Positions 1 through 11,460 of a DNA stretch of 47,646 nucleotides are shown here, in pieces. The position numbers were made by a program, and so were the translations under genes. Within the stretch, counting starts at the first letter, position 1; each line of letters begins with the position of its first letter. The notes beneath the pieces were generated by a model. It saw nothing but the letters and a program-made list of their open reading frames with translations, ran no database searches and was not told the DNA's origin. The stretch lies in assembly GCF_001194135.2 (NCBI RefSeq), contig NC_068983.1:128831663-128879308 (forward strand), read 5' to 3'. The DNA is from Octopus bimaculoides (taxonomy: Eukaryota).

Positions 1-1396
1 GTAGAATTTTTAGGTAATGAAATTCACTTGAAACAATATGTATATGTAAATCATATAGATTTTATCAATTTAAAGAAGTTAATAATTGTCTCTCATTAAC
101 GAATTGGTTATATTTTCTTCTTCTTGCAGCTGTTTCGATTAATATTCAATTAACTTAATAACAAACTTGTACATTTGATTTAAATTTACGTGACATGAGT
201 ATTATTCCACCAGAGGTAAAATATTAATTGAAAAAGCTAAGATAACCAATTCATTGGAGGGAAAAGGCTTAATATAAAAAAAAAATGTTTGATTGAAATA
301 CCTGTACATGCATATATTTACCTATATGTATATGCGTGAATACACACACACAAATATATATGTGTGCATAAAAAAAAATATATAGGTATATATATAATTT
401 TATATATAATAAATATATTTATATTATCTTCATTTTTTATATGTGTGTGTTGCTAAATGTGTGTACACGTGAATGTTTATTATGTTTTATAGACTAATTT
501 AAATATATTCAAACCGTCTCGACTTTGATTATTTTATATCAGTTACAGTGAAATTACAAGTGCTTAATAGAGATTGTAGACGCTATTACTTTATATATTT
601 TCGTCATGTTAGTGCTAAAGCATAAGTAAACATTACGATTCATATTCGGTAGATATGTTAATATATCTAAACATTCGACTCGTCCATCCTCCTCACAGAA
701 ATGCTTACACTCATACATACACAGTTTGGCATATTCACATATTGTTGCTCTTCGTTGCTTCTGCAAGATTGAACTAATTATCACTTAATTGTAGCGTTGA
801 AGATTGAACGACCATCATTTATTTTCAGGCCAGGAAACGTGGACGATCTATACATGCATTCGTTTGTAAGTAAGATAGAAGATTACGCAGCTTAAAGATG
901 TTCGTTCAAAAGAAGATTTGTCTTGCAATGTTTTATGACGTCTTCATATTAGTTATTAGTTTTAAATTTGTGGTTGATTACTAGTAGAGGACTGTAAATA
1001 ATTGATCAGTTTCGGAGCATGAGATAATAACACTGAGAGAATGGCACATACACCCAGCTTCCTCTACCATACGTATGCATAGACACATACAAACATATAT
1101 AAGAATATGGCTATGTACACACACACTCACATACGTTGTACACATATATATTTTAATTTATACGCATATCTACATATGCGTGCGTATGCGAATATATATT
1201 TTGAAGTGTTTAATTGAGTGTAGAGAAAGAGCAGATTGAACTTGAATGAGAGAGAATAAGAAATAGAGGGGTGGAGAGTGGGAACCTGAAACTGATAATG
1301 AGGGTAAGATTTAGTCCATTCATTGATAATTTCAAAGAAATGTAAACATATTCTTTTATTTTTTTATTTGTTTCAGCCAATTCACATTATTTGTAA

Positions 1397-1670
1397 GCCT
1401 GGTACTTATTCTATTGGTTTCCTTTGCCGAACCACTAGGTTACAGTGACGTAAATACACCAACATCGGTTGTCAGGCGATGGTGGGGGATAAATGAAGAC
1501 ACACAAACACACACACATATACCCACTACGGGCTTCTTTCAGTTTCCGTCTACGGAATTCACTAACAAGGCTTTGGTCGGCCCGAGGCTATACTAGGCAA
1601 CACTTGCCCAAGGTGCCACGCAGTGGGACTGAATCACGTGGTTGGTAAGCAAGCTACTTACCACACAGCC
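1397..1670 (-). mobile_element. tRNA-derived SINE with CORE-like segment and internal (CA)n spacer
   Basis: The reverse complement reads ggctgtgtggtaagtagcttgcttaccaaccacgtgattcagtcccactgcgtggcaccttgggcaagtgttgcc. It has A-box-like and B-box-like motifs, and ccttgggcaagt resembles the CORE/MIR motif. A second copy lies at 27122-27285. Confidence 0.85.
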
Positions 1671-2959
1671 CCGTCAGCGCCGCTGAGAAAGCTAATTTCA
1701 GGAAATGCTTAAAACTTGATAAGCTAGCATATTCTTATAGAGACTTGGATCAATTATATGCTGTACCATCGACTAACTTTTTGAAAGACACTCTAGTTCC
1801 TATTGTATGAATTTTCCCAGATGTGTTTAGTGCATATGTCATACGTTAACATATAATTTACGATGCTTTATTAGTATTTGTCTTCGAGGTTTCTGTGATA
1901 TCTTACACTTCATTTATCTCAAGAAGTTTAATAATTTTGCCAGCAATTTCTAAAGCTACTACCTCTCTCATTCACTATACCTAACGTGTCTGTGATCTTA
2001 GGTCCCCATGTGAAAGTCTGACTTCTGATTTTTCTTTCGAATGATACATTATAAGTTTTCGATTGCCTTTACATGCTTATTCAGAAAGTAATCTGATACC
2101 CTTCTGCTTTTCCGAGCTTGCCATAGACACATAGGACCTATTTAATCGTTAACCAAAGCCACTTCATGTATTAAAGACGGTATTTTGATACCTTCCTAGA
2201 TTTCGTCGGAGACGCAAGCTAGCACAGATATACAAAGCATGTATGATGGTGACTGACATTGAATATTTGCAGAATAATAGTAAAGGTTATATGCAAATAA
2301 AGTTTTGGTTTTGTTCATAACAAAAATTACGTTTTGTCTTTCTTGTATTCATTTTGCCAGTCCTCGTTACATTTTTCACTAAATAACATTGAAAATTATT
2401 TACAAAGGACAACGCTTAAATCTTTCTTTATGGAAACACAAATATACAGATAAAATTGCTGCCATTCAAATTTTCATTATTTCGATTTACAGAAAATGTC
2501 AAAACAATTACTGCCGAAATAGCTATAAAATCGGTAGATGGTGTAAAACTATATTTTAAAAAAGCTTGCTAAAATTATAATTCCTTATTCTGCAAAATAT
2601 TTCATATAATCTAATTTGACAGTCATTGCCGATAGCTGCAACAAAACGTATTGGAACAAAGAATGCAGCCAGATTAAATTATAATTGAGTGTTAATGTGT
2701 ACGTTTGTATCTGTGTTTCTTTGCGTATTACATGTGTGTTCATAGAAATAACAGAAAAGGAAAAACTCTATTAAAATTTAACGCTCAAATGAAACAATTT
2801 TGAATATAAATTTTCACATTCACATATTCTATATATATAACATAAGATTATATACATTTTTTAGATGTTCATATATTGTTCTGTATGAATATGTATTTTC
2901 TTTTATTTTCATATTTCTCTAGAATTCTGAAAAATGTAGTTTTCATATATGAAATTACA

Positions 2960-2972
2960 TACACATACATAT

Positions 2973-3012
<40 letters not shown>

Positions 3013-3040
3013 TGTGTGTGCGTGTGCGTGCGTGTGTGTT
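2960..3040. repeat. (TA)n/(TG)n compound microsatellite
   Basis: Directly visible tatata... followed by tgtgtgcgtgtgcg. Confidence 0.95.
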
Positions 3041-3669
3041 AATATATTCGAATATGCACGTGAACACACGGACGTGTTGCCTTTTCCGCATTATTTTGAT
3101 AATTCTTTCAAGAACGCAGCTAGGTACAAAGAAAGCAATGATAGAAACCCATAGACATTTACACAACAAAATCTACAAAATTTTGCAGGTTAAATTTTGA
3201 AGAAATTTGCAGATTCTTACAGTGCCCTAAACAATAAATATTTTGTGTAATCTACGTGTTAACTGGTCACCTTTTTTTTCCTTAAAATTCTAAGATTTTC
3301 GGGTTTCTTACACAAAGCATTTTCTAAGATTTACAAGTATTCATGGACAATTTGGAATATAGGTAAGTGTTAATTCATTCTTTTTAAATTTTCGTGTATG
3401 TTTTTGTTTGCATGAATATAGGCATAATATTTGTGTTATTAAGCAAAGTATCAAGAAGTGCCTACGATCGGTGCATGGCACTGTTATATACTTTGCGCGA
3501 AATGAGAAACGATTTCTTTCATCGCCGCTAGCTGGAAAATTGTTCGTAACAATGGTATTTGAGAGAGATGCTCAACACAGAGTAATCAAGGAGCAACTTA
3601 TGTTGAATGTCTTCTGGAGGGGAGGGGTGAAACAGAAGAAAAAAAGACAAGAAGAGAAGATGTAAGGCA

Positions 3670-4400
3670 ACTGAAATCTAACCAAAACTAGAGATAACAA
3701 TATAGATAAAGAGAGTAGAATCCCAACAATTGTTGAGAAGCTCAGGACTCAGAATTCAGAGAGTGAAAGTTTTTAATTGCGACCCGCAATCAAAGCCTCC
3801 CCACCAGAAACCATTAAAAACACATAATCAAGAAAGATACAAATAACTACTGAATATGCGGTAATGGGAAAGAAATAATAAATCATATTGTCTCTGGCTG
3901 CACAGTCTTAGCTAAGAAGGAATATTTCCACAGACAAGCCAGCGTTGAGACCAGCGCATATACACACTGAGAACTATGTTAAAACTATGGAATGACAATA
4001 GAAAAATGATGGTATAGGTCTATCGCAGAATAGGTCTCATAAAATGACATAGCAACCATGGTCTGGCATATGCCAATACAGAGAATGAAAGTGAAAGAGA
4101 GATAGACAGACAGACAAAACCAGAGTTAGGCTATAGACCAGATATAGTTGTCTAACATCATCAACAAAAAAGAATGCCTTCTAATAGACGTATCAATCCC
4201 AACAGATGACAGTGCATTTCTAAAATAAAAAGTGATACCAAAATACAAAGATCTGGAAATAAAGATAACCCGAATGTGGAGCCTAAAATGAGAAGCATTT
4301 ATTTTGAGGACAATGGTTTGATTGATATTCAACGGAAGTATAAACGTGACATCTATGAATACATTACATACACCAACACATTCATCATACAGTTTCAGTG
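3670..4400 (+). mobile_element. R4/Dong-type non-LTR retrotransposon, 3' zinc-knuckle/RLE fragment (decayed)
   Basis: By-eye translation gives NHIVSGCTVLAKKEYFHR (CCHC region), RPDIVV, CLLIDVSIPTDD and KYKDLEIKITRMW, in the order expected for the PD-(D/E)xK restriction-like endonuclease. Many stops and frameshifts. Confidence 0.85.
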
Positions 4401-4429
4401 TTGTTGAAGAAGAAATTACACCTTAGTTG

Positions 4430-6700
4430 AAAAGGCTCATGTCAATGGAAATTAGAAGTTTAAGGAAACACAAAAATACTGCAGCAGTAGAAGAACAGTA
4501 AATTATGACAAAAAAGTCCAGGTAAATTTAGGTAAATGTATAACAGAAAAAAATGGGATAAAGATCGAAGAGCTAAACAGGGAGTAAACGAAAAGGGCTG
4601 CCAAAATTAGGAACGACGAAAGCAGAAACAATCAATATGGGAAAAATCAATGTTTTCCATGACACGCACATTTGTTTGATAACCTTGAGAGAAATGGGAG
4701 GAATTAAAACAAAAGACCTACTACAGAAAGAAGAAACTTGGGAAAGATGCCAAACACAATGTAAGGCTCAATGGGAAAAAAAAAGAGTAGAAAATTGCAC
4801 CTGAAATAGATAATTAAAAAAAAGATAATTAGAAATTTACGAGGATATAACTTATCCATGGTTATTTTCTGAAAGAAATTGCACGTCTCCGTGAAACGAT
4901 AGTGATACTATGTAAATGTGAGTATGAAAAAACTGCACGTGTTAATATGGTTAACATGAACAGGAATTTGCATGACATTAAATCACAAATTGAAAGGAAA
5001 CGCTACCTAAGTTTTCCAACCACTTTTATGTCTACGTTTTTTTTTACGTAAAGGTCTATACTAGGAATATAGTCTGTAGACAAATAATAACGCTTATATG
5101 ACAAGCTCTCAAAGCTTGATTAAAAGAAATCCCGCTGAAAAATGAACAAAACAACCTACGATAAATGAATGCTTGATAAGATAGTCTTGAGGGATTGCAT
5201 AAAAGGAACAATACAATTCCACATTGCACAGATCGATTACGGAGAAAGATATGACATAAATGTCTACTTGCAGATCAAATGCTGCTTAGAATCATTCATA
5301 ATCAAAAACAAAACAACAAGAAAAATGAGAATTGTTAGATGCCTGATAGAAAATGCAATGCGACATTGGGGACTTTAAGCAATATCTGTAGTGGAAGGTG
5401 TAACATATCTGAAAAGTGATGTTTCAACGGGACAGCAGCTTTAAGATCATGTTTTAATCGCACTGCTCTTTTTGTCGATTACATGGAACACATTGGAAAG
5501 GAGTAATAGAAAAAATGAATTATCGCCTGTTTATGGATGACTTAACATTTCATGGCTAGGAATCAGCTGGATACTTCAGTGGAGACCATAATAATAGTGA
5601 AGAGTGACATTCGATAACATTTAAAATCGGGAAATATGCTGTGATGGAGAAAAAGCGGAGGAAATTCTATTAAAAATATGATAGAATTGGTCCACTTGAA
5701 AGGTGAGAATGTATACTCCTTATAAAGTAACAGAAAGGGATAAAATAGAAATAAAGGCATGGTGGAGGTCCTCAGTTATGAATATTTCCATAGAAACACC
5801 GCTAATATTCAAACTAAATGTAGAAATTATACAAGAACTGAAATTGAGGGCAGTAGGTAGGAGGAATTATTGAGTTGTAAAAGGATACGCTAAATGCTAT
5901 CTAGAGGAAGAGAAAGGATCAGATTCCTGTGTACAAAAGTGTTCATCGTCTATCAGATTGGTACCGTTTATATTGATTAGCGTCAGAAAGGTCGATAAAA
6001 CAATCCCACATAAAAAAGAAAAACAAATAATAAAAAAGGAAAATCATGAATTTCAAGAAAAGGAGTTTATTTGAAATGTGCTTAAGCGAATTAGAAAAAG
6101 AAAGATATCTTAAAAGGGAAACGAAATGATTTTAGCAGCATAGAAAAAAAAAATCACGTTGAATAAATTTGAACGAGAAAATGACAGGTCGGATGGACTG
6201 TTAGTCTGGATGTAAAATGAGTGACAATACAGATAGTACTATACGTCATATTCTATTGGAATGCTTAAAGTGTGCGCAAAACATACTCAAAATGTATGTT
6301 GAGAAATTTACTGTAATAATTCACAGGAATTTGGAGCACAGACAAAAAAGAAGAGTTATGACCATTTTTTTGTGCAGAGAAAAGATATTTATGGAAAACA
6401 ATGAACTGCGGTTGTTATGGAACTTTCTTATGTAGAAAGAATGAACAACATGATGACATGTAGTGTAATCGTTGTAACATGTTCATATGAATATATTTTA
6501 CGGTATGAAATTTGAAATATTAGAACACAATGTAAGCAAACTTAAAAAGTCACTAGTTAGTTTTGGAACTTTCGGACATGTGAGGAATTATTTGAAAGAA
6601 AATCGGAAATTGATCATTCTTAGTGAAAGACTAAGCAAAGTACAGAAAAAAAATCTGACTACATTAGAAAGAAAGAAAAGAACAGCGTAAGGATTATGTT
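4430..6700 (+). mobile_element. R4/Dong-type LINE remnant, RT through RLE (heavily decayed)
   Basis: ORF 5169 reads LDKIVLRDCIKG..IAQIDYGERYD (cf. AWIDYxKAYD). LFMDDL is at 5527-5544. ORF 6217 reads IRHILLECLKCAQ...MENNELRLLWNF. MKFEILE is at about 6505. Confidence 0.8.
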
Positions 6701-6739
6701 GGAGACGACTTGTGGTCTGATAAGAGCACACCTGAACCA

Positions 6740-6902
6740 GATACAGTAGCCCGCAGTACTCAGCTGTTACTTATTTCATCGATCCTGAAAGGATGAAAGG
6801 CAAAGAAGACTGTCGGCGGAATTTGAACACAGCACTTGTAGAATGACGAAATGCAGCTACGAATTTTTACTGGTGTGCTAGCGTTTGTATTAGCTCGCCA
6901 CC
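6740..6902 (-). mobile_element. tRNA-derived SINE (family with gttcaaattccgccg..tttgcctttcatcctttc..gat..aataagta core)
   Basis: The reverse complement has tggcgagct head, B-box-like gtgttcaaattcc and the core ctttgcctttcatcctttcaggatcgatgaaataagta. It matches the copies at 7030-7200 and 15375-15563. Confidence 0.8.
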
Positions 6903-7029
6903 TTACAGTATAATCATATTAACATGATCGATTGAGGGAATAATTCGGAAGTGGCAAAAGTGTAGTAACCGCTAGGAATTGGGATGGATTTAATCGATTA
7001 AAACTTTCGCCAATATGTAGCAATTTTGT

Positions 7030-7200
7030 TTTGCAGCCAGCTGGTGGCAGTGTTAGCGACAAAATAATCCTGGCAGTATTACTTGCTTTACATTCTGAGC
7101 TCAAATATCACCAAGTCAGCTTTGCATTTCTCTCATTCAGTTTCTATAAAATAAACTAAGTAACACCCGCCCTTCAAATCTGCCGGCCTTGTACCTAAAT
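7030..7200 (+). mobile_element. Diverged SINE, same family as 6740-6902, opposite orientation
   Basis: ctgagctcaaatatcaccaagtcagctttgcatttctctcattcag...ataaaataa...ctgccggccttgtacc aligns by eye to the other two family copies. Confidence 0.6.
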
Positions 7201-9199
7201 CATTATTATTATTGGCAATATGTTTACCGTCTGACATTGTTTATCGTTATCGGTACAAGAAATATATACCAAATAAAAAGCACAATAATTCATTTCAATA
7301 ATTCATTGAATAAAAATAATAATATTACTGCTTTTGTTAATACATGTGCTAATAATGATAATATTATCAGTGATGATGAAGATGAAGAAGTCGATGGCGA
7401 TAATGATGAGATATGAAAAATACAAATTAATAATTAATGAAACTAATTTCATTTTTAACTTTTAGTAATCAAAATAAATTAATTTAAAATAAAATATCGT
7501 ATTACTATAGAAATCAGAGTTTTCTGAAATCAAATTTAAGATTTATATATTTATTGCTTAATAATTTCCATTTTCTTTAATTAATTTCATGGATCACAAA
7601 TTTAATTAAAGTGTAATAATTAAAATTTTATCACCTCTACTCAAATTGAATTACCTCTATATATAATTTCTTCGTATATTGATTGCTTATAAAAATATTT
7701 TAATTTTCGCATCAAAATACCGTAATATTTCCCATATTTCATTATAAAATGTTGGCTTACTAGTAATTTAGATAAAATTTATTGCTTCTTCTTGTTTTAA
7801 ATAAAGTTATTTTACTAACTAAATGATTGGAAGAATCTTCAACCTTTAGAGATTCACAATGGCTACTACTGGAGATGTAATCAAATTATCTTAAAATACA
7901 CAATGAGTAGAAAATAGAAATATGTCAACTGGTTTATATTTTCTTATTGTCGATGTTCCTGATGCTACATTTCATGTGGTACAGCGCAACGAAAATCACA
8001 AGGCTTCTAGCTGTGACTCTCCGAGAGTTTAAGGCGTAATTTATTTCAGAATGTATTTACTAGTTTCTTTCCTTTTCTTTAATATTTCTCTACAAATCCC
8101 AGGTCAATTATTATCTTAATTTACCCGGCCTGGCAGGGTCTTCGGAGATGAGGGTAGAATTCTTTAGAAAAAACGTAGCCATTCAATGTACATCACTCTG
8201 ACTCCTAAAAGTGTGAGTAAAGGTTTCCTTACACAGACACGGGATATGTTAATCTTAGATTGAAAATAACTCTTAGCATATTCAGGAAATAAGTAGAGGA
8301 ATAATTTATAGACACACTACGTTTGAAAAAATGACTGGGTAATCGATAGTATTTGACCAAATTGTAGTCTTACAGCACACTTGAAAAGTAAGGGCATATA
8401 TAGCTTGGCACACGTTTCATCATAGAAATGTTGAAAACGTAGGGGAGAAAATTGGTGAATATTTTCAATAACTGTTTGCTACCGAAGCATTTCCCATAAA
8501 TGAGCATTATTGCCAAACATCGGAAGTATCAAATCGAAGTCAATGAGCCAATGCAATTGCCATCGAGTTTCATCGATTCGTTGCACCGGTTATATGATAC
8601 AAGCGCGTAAATTCAGCGTATCTACTGCCAGTGAAAACTGCTACGCCAGACTTAGTCATTCAGCTCCAAGAATGGGTCAGCAGTTTGTATTGTTCGTCAG
8701 ACGTCTTTGAAATGCGTGCAATGAATGGCAATTATTTCAGAAATAACAAATATACTGCTCTCCCCTTCCTCGGGTTGATACACACACACACACACACATA
8801 TATATACATATATATACATACATATATATCTTAACATANNNNNNNNNNNNNNNNNNNNNNNNNNNNNNNNNNNNNNNNNNNNNNNNNNNNNNNNNNNNNN
8901 NNNNNNNNNNNNNNNNNNNNGTGTGTGTGTGTACATATTACTTGTTACTTATTTATATTCTGTTCACCTAACTTGGAATCTACATTTCGGAAGTGCTATA
9001 GAAAGTACTTTTATAGAATGAAATAAAATATAACATGTCTGAATTACTAAGAGCGGATATCTTCATTTAATTAGGTTGCATTTTATACACGCACGACAGG
9101 AATATTGGGTATAAATAACCCCACACTGATTCTTGATATTCAGTATTCAAATAATATTGCTGGGATGTGCAGATTATACCATGATTTTTTCACTCTTTA

Positions 9200-10235
9200 A
9201 TTTTGTACACCATCCACCATCCTTCCGTGGTTCCGCTCTTCTGACTGATGCGATGCCGTCAAAATTCTCGATGGGCCATCTTGTGTATGAGGGAATTTAA
9301 TACTGCTGTCCTCAACTGTGCCTCATATCGTGCCATTGCTTCGTCTGTTATTGTGGATAGGAAAGTGTCTAATTGCTTTTTGAAGACTACCATACCTATA
9401 TCGTGTAAGTTTCCTAATTGTTTTCGCAGAGCATTGAAGAGCTGTGGTCCTCTGAACCCTAGGTTATTGCATTACCTGATTCTTATATTAGATGCATTGA
9501 ACGGTACCCTCGATACTATGCGATGGCGTCCAGTACGATCATTCATATAACACTTGATGCCAGATTTAGATACTCGCCCTTCGAGTATTTTCCACATGTA
9601 AATTATTACACGTTTGCGCTCTTAGGAGTAGACTCGTAGTTCTTTCAGCCTCTCCCTGTAGTTCATTAGCTAAATTGTAGCAATCGTTTTTTAGTCTAGT
9701 GATGTCGGGTTGCTTCAAGCTCCGTTGTTAGCTTGACATTGTGTGGTGACCACAGCTGAGAGCAGATCTCTAGATGACTGAGGACAAAGGTCTTCCATAC
9801 AGTCAATATGACTTCTTGATCTCTTGCCCTGAATGTCCTTAGTATCCATCCTGTCACTTGCCTGCACTTTGCTGCAAACTTGGTAATGTTCATGTAAAAT
9901 GATGCATCATTATTCATACTGTTTGTGACTCTGGGATTGCAGTACCTCCATTTGTGATCTTATAGCGCAGTGCTTGAAGTTTTTCAGCATTAAATTGCAT
10001 ATTGTTTTTCTCTGCACACTTGTATTTTGTATTTAGGTCATCCTGCAGGTTTACGATATCATTAGGATACTTTATTGCCTGTGATAATTTAGTATCATTG
10101 GCGTAGCTAGTAACAGTGGCTGTCTGAGTGACTGTGGGCATGTCTAAGGGGGCTACTATAAACATTAATGGCACTAAGTCAGTTCTGCGAAGGACACCAC
10201 TAAACATTTGTGTTTCCCTAGAGAATGCACCGTAA
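9200..10235 (-). mobile_element. CR1/L2-group LINE, 3' arm (RT C-terminal half and tail)
   Basis: The minus strand gives SGVLRRTDLVPLMF (cf. GVPQGxVLxPLLF), SYANDTK at 10094-10105 (YADD motif decayed), NNMQFNAEK, GWILRTFRARD..LEICSQLWSP, and NNLGFRGPQLFNAL..FKKQLDTFLS. Confidence 0.9.
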
Positions 10236-10336
10236 TGGGGCAGTGAGTGATGGGTTGATGCCGAATACATTTAGTAGAAATGTCGAGGCGAGAGTCGTTT
10301 GATGTTTGTATTGTTCTAAGTGCTTAGTCTATGTGT

Positions 10337-10590
10337 CATGCTGTTCAGAAGACGGAGCTCTTACGGTATTATGACTGGGTTCTGAAGCAGCTGCTCGACC
10401 ATACAAATATCGATGTGATATATCTTGATATTTCAATAGCCTTTGACAAACTTGATCATGGCATGATATTTCCCAAGTTGCGAAACCTTGGAATAGCTGG
10501 TAAACTACGAGAGTGGCTATATGACTTCCTAAAAGATAGAAGTCTGACAGTTTCAGCCAATGCTTCACTCCCTAGGGAAACACAAATATA
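10337..10590 (+). mobile_element. CR1/L2-group LINE, inverted 5' arm (RT N-terminal motifs)
   Basis: ORF 10331 reads LLRYYDWVL..IDVIYLDISIAFDKLDHG..KLRNLGIAGKLREWLYDFLKDRS (cf. YLDFxKAFDKVDH). It lies in the opposite orientation to the adjacent 3' arm. Confidence 0.9.
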
Positions 10591-11239
10591 TATACACATC
10601 TGTGTGTGTGTGTGTATGTAATTGTGTGGGGATAGTTTGAGCACATGTGTGTATAGGTATATCATATCAGTAATCGACTGCAGTAGGTGAATAATATTCT
10701 GAAGGTTGATATATGTATTTTTGTGATCACGACCGTTATCTTTTGATCGCCATAATCTTTAAGAAATAGATGATTTAGAATGATTATGTCTTCGCAAGAG
10801 ACCTAAATGTAGGAAATATATTGAAAATGACGTTAACATTTTGGGAGCAATTCTTGGTCAAATCTAAGGTTGACAACTGGAGTACTATACTATACATATG
10901 CTATTATATTTATGAGTGTAACGAAAATGCTACTTGCTTAAAATCGGGTACATTTTAATTTTCATTATATAATTACATTAACAGACGAATGTTTTGGTTG
11001 TTTTACATGTTTCGTTTTTTTTTTTAAAACCTTATCAAGAATATATACGAGTATGGTATATGTAGAGAGAAACGAGCTTTTAAAATAAAATTTAAATTTA
11101 AATTAAAATAGACATTCAGAGTTTACTTTCCTTTTTTGTGCAAGTGTAGTTGGTAATTTCCGTTAATTCTCGTGGCATGACAAGTTGAACTGTCTGTGAC
11201 GGTAAATTACTACTATCGGTTATAGAAAGTTAAATAGTT

Positions 11240-11460
11240 TGGTCAAGACTTGTTTTCTATAGTACACTCAGCTGGCAAATGTGAGTAGTACCTGTATTTC
11301 AAGGGGTCAACCTTGTCACACTCTGTGTCACGCTGAATATCTCTGAGAAGAATGTGAAGAAGTACGCGCGTCCGTGGAGTGCTCAATCACTTACCCGTTA
11401 GTCTCACGAGGAATCTGTTCCGTTAATTGAATCAACTAAAGCAATGATGATCTATATCGT
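11240..11460. mobile_element. SINE-like interspersed repeat fragment
   Basis: tgagtagtacctgtatttcaaggggtcaaccttgtcacactctgtgtcacgctgaatatctctgagaa...gtggagtgctcaatcactt resembles a repeat body I recall as common in octopus DNA. No second copy in the window, so not verified. Confidence 0.5.

Noticed and set aside
829-869. Short plus-strand exon candidate (ttttcag|...|gtaagt), also the donor at 3362
   Set aside because: The splice signals are plausible, but no frame gives a recognisable peptide, and such motifs are frequent in AT-rich DNA.
2869-3200. YI/HT/CV-repeat ORFs (also 14266, 36866)
   Set aside because: They are translations of dinucleotide microsatellites.
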